NCBI GenBank assembly: GCA_044226625.1
Contig: JBGAGQ010000076.1
Span: 1 to 28,253, forward strand
From: Thermoanaerobaculia bacterium
Lineage (GTDB): Bacteria > Acidobacteriota > Thermoanaerobaculia > Multivoradales > UBA5704
Length of the DNA: 28,253 bases
Direction of reading: 5' to 3'
In this document: positions 25,614 through 28,253 of the stretch, in pieces
Layout of the letters: the number at the start of each line of letters is the position of its first letter
Position numbering within the stretch: the first letter of the stretch is position 1
Position numbers and translations under genes: made by a program
Notes under the pieces: generated by a model
Database searches by the model: none
What the model was told of the DNA's origin: nothing
What the model saw: only the letters and a program-made list of their open reading frames with translations

Positions 25614-25708
25614 AATGTCATCGGAACCCATTTTTTGCAGCCTTGACGCGGAATTCCTCCCGGGCTTTCTGGCGCCTTCCCACCGTGTAGGGCGTTACAC
25701 TGCGAAGA

Positions 25709-26590
25709 ATGCCTAGCACCCCTCGAGCGCCCTCGAAGCCGGTCGGTTCGCCGCTCGCGGCTTTCTCGCTTCGTGAGGCGGCGGACCTCGTGGGAATCGC
25801 CGAATCGAGGCTGCGGGGCTGGGTGCGGGCCGGTTGGCTCGGCGCTCGAGCCGACGGTGCGGCCGAGCCCCGTTTTCAGTTTCAAGATCTCGTCCTTCTG
25901 CGCGCCGCTCGTGAGCTCACGGACGCCCGGGTTCCGGCACGGCGCATCCGGCACGCGCTCGAACGCCTGCGCGAGCAGCTGCCCACAGGGAGGTCGATTA
26001 CCGCCGTGCGCATCCTCGCCGAAGGGGGAGAGGTGGTGGCGCGCGACGAGCTGTCGATTTGGATCCCCGCATCCGGACAAGCGCTGTTCGATTTCGCGGT
26101 GGCGGATCTCGCGCGCGAGGCCGCCCCGATTGCACGAAAACGCGCCGAGCGCCTGCTCGCCGAGCGCGAGCTGGATGCCGAGGATTGGTATCGGCTCGGC
26201 TGCGAGCTCGAGGAGACCGATCCCGCGGCGGCCGAGCAGGCCTATGAGCGGGTCCTCTCCCTGATCTCCGATCACGCTGACGCGCATCTGAACCTCGGAC
26301 GGTTGAAGCACGAGGCGGGGCGGCCGGCAGAGGCGGAGGTGCACTACCGCGCAGCGCTCGCCGCCTCCCCGGGCAACGCGACCGCAGCCTTCGACCTCGG
26401 CGTGGCGCTCGAAGACCTCGGCCGGCTCGAGGAGGCGGCGGCCGCGTACTACGCCGCACTCGAGGCCGATCCCGGCTATGCCGACGCCCATTGGAACCTC
26501 GCCGGGGTGGCGGAAAAGATGGGCGCCACGGCCGAGGCGATCCGCCATCTCTCCGCTTACAAGAGCTGGCTCGACGGACGGCGGCGATGA
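25709..26590 (+). CDS. MerR-like HTH + tetratricopeptide repeat protein
   Basis: N-terminal FSLREAADLVGIAESRLRGWVRAGWL...FQFQDLVLLR. C-terminal TPRs (ADAHLNLGRL, ATAAFDLGVAL, ADAHWNLAGV). Confidence 0.88.
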   Translation: MPSTPRAPSKPVGSPLAAFSLREAADLVGIAESRLRGWVRAGWLGARADGAAEPRFQFQDLVLLRAARELTDARVPARRIRHALERLREQLPTGRSITAVRILAEGGEVVARDELSIWIPASGQALFDFAVADLAREAAPIARKRAERLLAERELDAEDWYRLGCELEETDPAAAEQAYERVLSLISDHADAHLNLGRLKHEAGRPAEAEVHYRAALAASPGNATAAFDLGVALEDLGRLEEAAAAYYAALEADPGYADAHWNLAGVAEKMGATAEAIRHLSAYKSWLDGRRR

Positions 26591-28253
26591 TCCGGCGGGC
26601 GACGTCTCGAAGGGGAAAAACCCCGGCAAAGCGCGCGCAGCGCGGCGTTACGCTCCTCGGAATCTGGGCGCTCATGGGCGGAGGCGGCGCCTCGACGCTT
26701 CATGCGGCGACCGCCGCGGAGCCCGTGCGCGACATCGCGACCGGGAGTACCTCGAACCTGTCATCGAATCCGCAGGGGATGATCTCGCTCGGCGATCGCG
26801 CGATCTTCTGGGCCGCAGCGCCCGATCTGGGCTACGAGCTCTACCGGACCGACGGCACCCCCGAGGGCACCGTACGGATCGCCGATCTCTGCCCGGGCCG
26901 GTGCGACTCCTACGATCTCGGCAACGGAGTCGCGGCGGGCGGGCGCGGCTTTTTTCTCGCGAACGACGGCGTTCGCGGACGGGAGCTCTGGACGAGCGAC
27001 GGGACGCAGGGAGGAACCCGCCAACTCCTCGATCTCGCGCCGGGGCCGGAGGATGGTTCGTACTCTTGGATACTGGCCGCGGGCGACCGGATTCTCTTCG
27101 CAACCTTGGACGATGCCACCGAGAGATGGAATCTCTGGTCGAGCGACGGCACCGTCGGGGGAACCGCGGTCTTCGAGCAGCTCGCGCTCGACGGCAGCGG
27201 TCTCTCCGTCCCCCCGGGCGCTCCCAGCCCGCCCCCGCTGCCGTCGGACCTTCGCCTGATCTTCGAGAACGGCACCAATGTCGGGACCAGCGAGCTGTGG
27301 GAGATCGACGGCACGGCGGCGGGCTCGCGCCGGGTTCTGTCGCTCGACGTCGCGGCCGGCAAGCGGATCTGCGCGGCAGACGACGACCTTCCGCGGGTTG
27401 ACTCAGGGGGTACCGTGGTCGCGATCTCCGACGGGGGCGGTTGCGAGCCCTGGTGGATTGCCGACGGTGTCGCGACTCGGCTCGCCGACGTCTTTCCGGG
27501 AGATTCTGATTCGGTGCCTCACGACGTCGTCCGGTTCGGCTCCGTGGCGTTCTTTACCGCCTTCAACCCGTCCTTGGGGGACGAGCTCTGGCGGACCGAC
27601 GGGACACCCAAGGGTACGTTCGTCCTTCGAGATCTCGTCCCCGGATCCGCGGGCTCGGGGCCGGACTTCATCGGACGCCTCGGAAGGTACGCGTTCTTCG
27701 CTATGGGAGATCTCCGCCGCTCGCCGGAACTGTGGGCGACCACTGGAGAGCCTGGGAGTCTGCGCCGCATTCTCGATCGGCGATCGGGTGCGGTCGGGCG
27801 CCTCCGTGGGAGCCTCCCTGCCGGGAGCGTTTTCTTCTCGACCTCCGCGCCGGGGCGGCGGGATGCTCTCTGGACCGTGAAGGAGGACCTTTCGGTCGTC
27901 GAGCTGGCTGACGCGACCTTCTTCGGGGCGTTCGGAGCCGTCGGCGCGCGCGCGGTGTTCGGCGCCGATTGGGGCGACGGCCGCGGACAGGAGCTGGGCG
28001 CGAGCGACGGCACGCCGGAGGGGACCGGTTTGCTCGTCGACTTGGTCGGTAGGGTCGCCGAGTCGTCTTTCCCGACCCAGCTCACCCGGACGGCCGGAGA
28101 GGTCCTTTTCACGGCCAGCGACGGCCGAGAGGTAGCGATCTGGCGCACCGACGGCACGTCGGGTGGGACCGAGCGCGTGTCGGGCTCGACCCCACCGAGA
28201 TTTCCCTCCGCTCCGACGCTCCTTCTCGCGCCTACCGCCACGGGAGCCGCCGT
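26587..28253 (+). CDS. ELWxxDGT-repeat secreted protein; 3' end runs off the window
   Basis: Absent from the ORF track. Manual translation from ATG 26587 (ATGA overlap) gives a basic/hydrophobic leader and the repeats ELYRTDGT, ELWTSDGT, NLWSSDGT, ELWEIDGT, ELWRTDGT, ELGASDGT and AIWRTDGT. Confidence 0.9.
   Translation, partial: MIRRATSRRGKTPAKRAQRGVTLLGIWALMGGGGASTLHAATAAEPVRDIATGSTSNLSSNPQGMISLGDRAIFWAAAPDLGYELYRTDGTPEGTVRIADLCPGRCDSYDLGNGVAAGGRGFFLANDGVRGRELWTSDGTQGGTRQLLDLAPGPEDGSYSWILAAGDRILFATLDDATERWNLWSSDGTVGGTAVFEQLALDGSGLSVPPGAPSPPPLPSDLRLIFENGTNVGTSELWEIDGTAAGSRRVLSLDVAAGKRICAADDDLPRVDSGGTVVAISDGGGCEPWWIADGVATRLADVFPGDSDSVPHDVVRFGSVAFFTAFNPSLGDELWRTDGTPKGTFVLRDLVPGSAGSGPDFIGRLGRYAFFAMGDLRRSPELWATTGEPGSLRRILDRRSGAVGRLRGSLPAGSVFFSTSAPGRRDALWTVKEDLSVVELADATFFGAFGAVGARAVFGADWGDGRGQELGASDGTPEGTGLLVDLVGRVAESSFPTQLTRTAGEVLFTASDGREVAIWRTDGTSGGTERVSGSTPPRFPSAPTLLLAPTATGAA

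Noticed and set aside
23780-25660. Possible direct repeat flanking the regulator/Cys-rich islet (TGACG...TTCC)
   Set aside because: The similarity is too short and gapped to support a target-site duplication.
26478-28241. Track ORFs 26478-27401 (+), 27278-27880 (+) and 27519-28241 (-)
   Set aside because: They are alternative frames of the ELWxxDGT gene, which has no stop in the window.

Overview
A high-GC bacterial chromosomal segment, probably Acidobacteriota. The PadR plus duplicated-orphan-permease (ADOP) pair is the main clue; Thermoanaerobaculia is only an inference. From left to right: a truncated VPS10/BNR-repeat protein, a dicarboxylate/amino acid:cation symporter, several secreted proteins (one behind a sigma54-type promoter), and a BNR beta-propeller protein. 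Next comes a DUF3142 + large helical-repeat gene pair split by an inverted secreted-protein gene, then a SAM-I riboswitch-led hom-metX-metB operon, a GT-C-like membrane protein, padR-ADOP, an alpha/beta hydrolase and divergent ligD/ku (NHEJ). The right end has an orphan NarL-type regulator, a Cys-rich secreted protein, a MerR-like HTH-TPR protein and a truncated ELWxxDGT-repeat protein. No rRNA, tRNA, CRISPR, transposase or integrase was seen. Best leads: (1) a decayed copy of the DUF3142 3' end, still coupled to its partner gene, that marks a ~1 kb insertion; (2) an HTH-TPR gene as a possible NHEJ accessory factor; (3) a SAM-I switch with an RBS-sequestering hairpin followed by a C-rich, rut-like coding extension; (4) a dispersed palindromic element after stop codons. 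All family calls come from motif recognition by eye; no database search was run.
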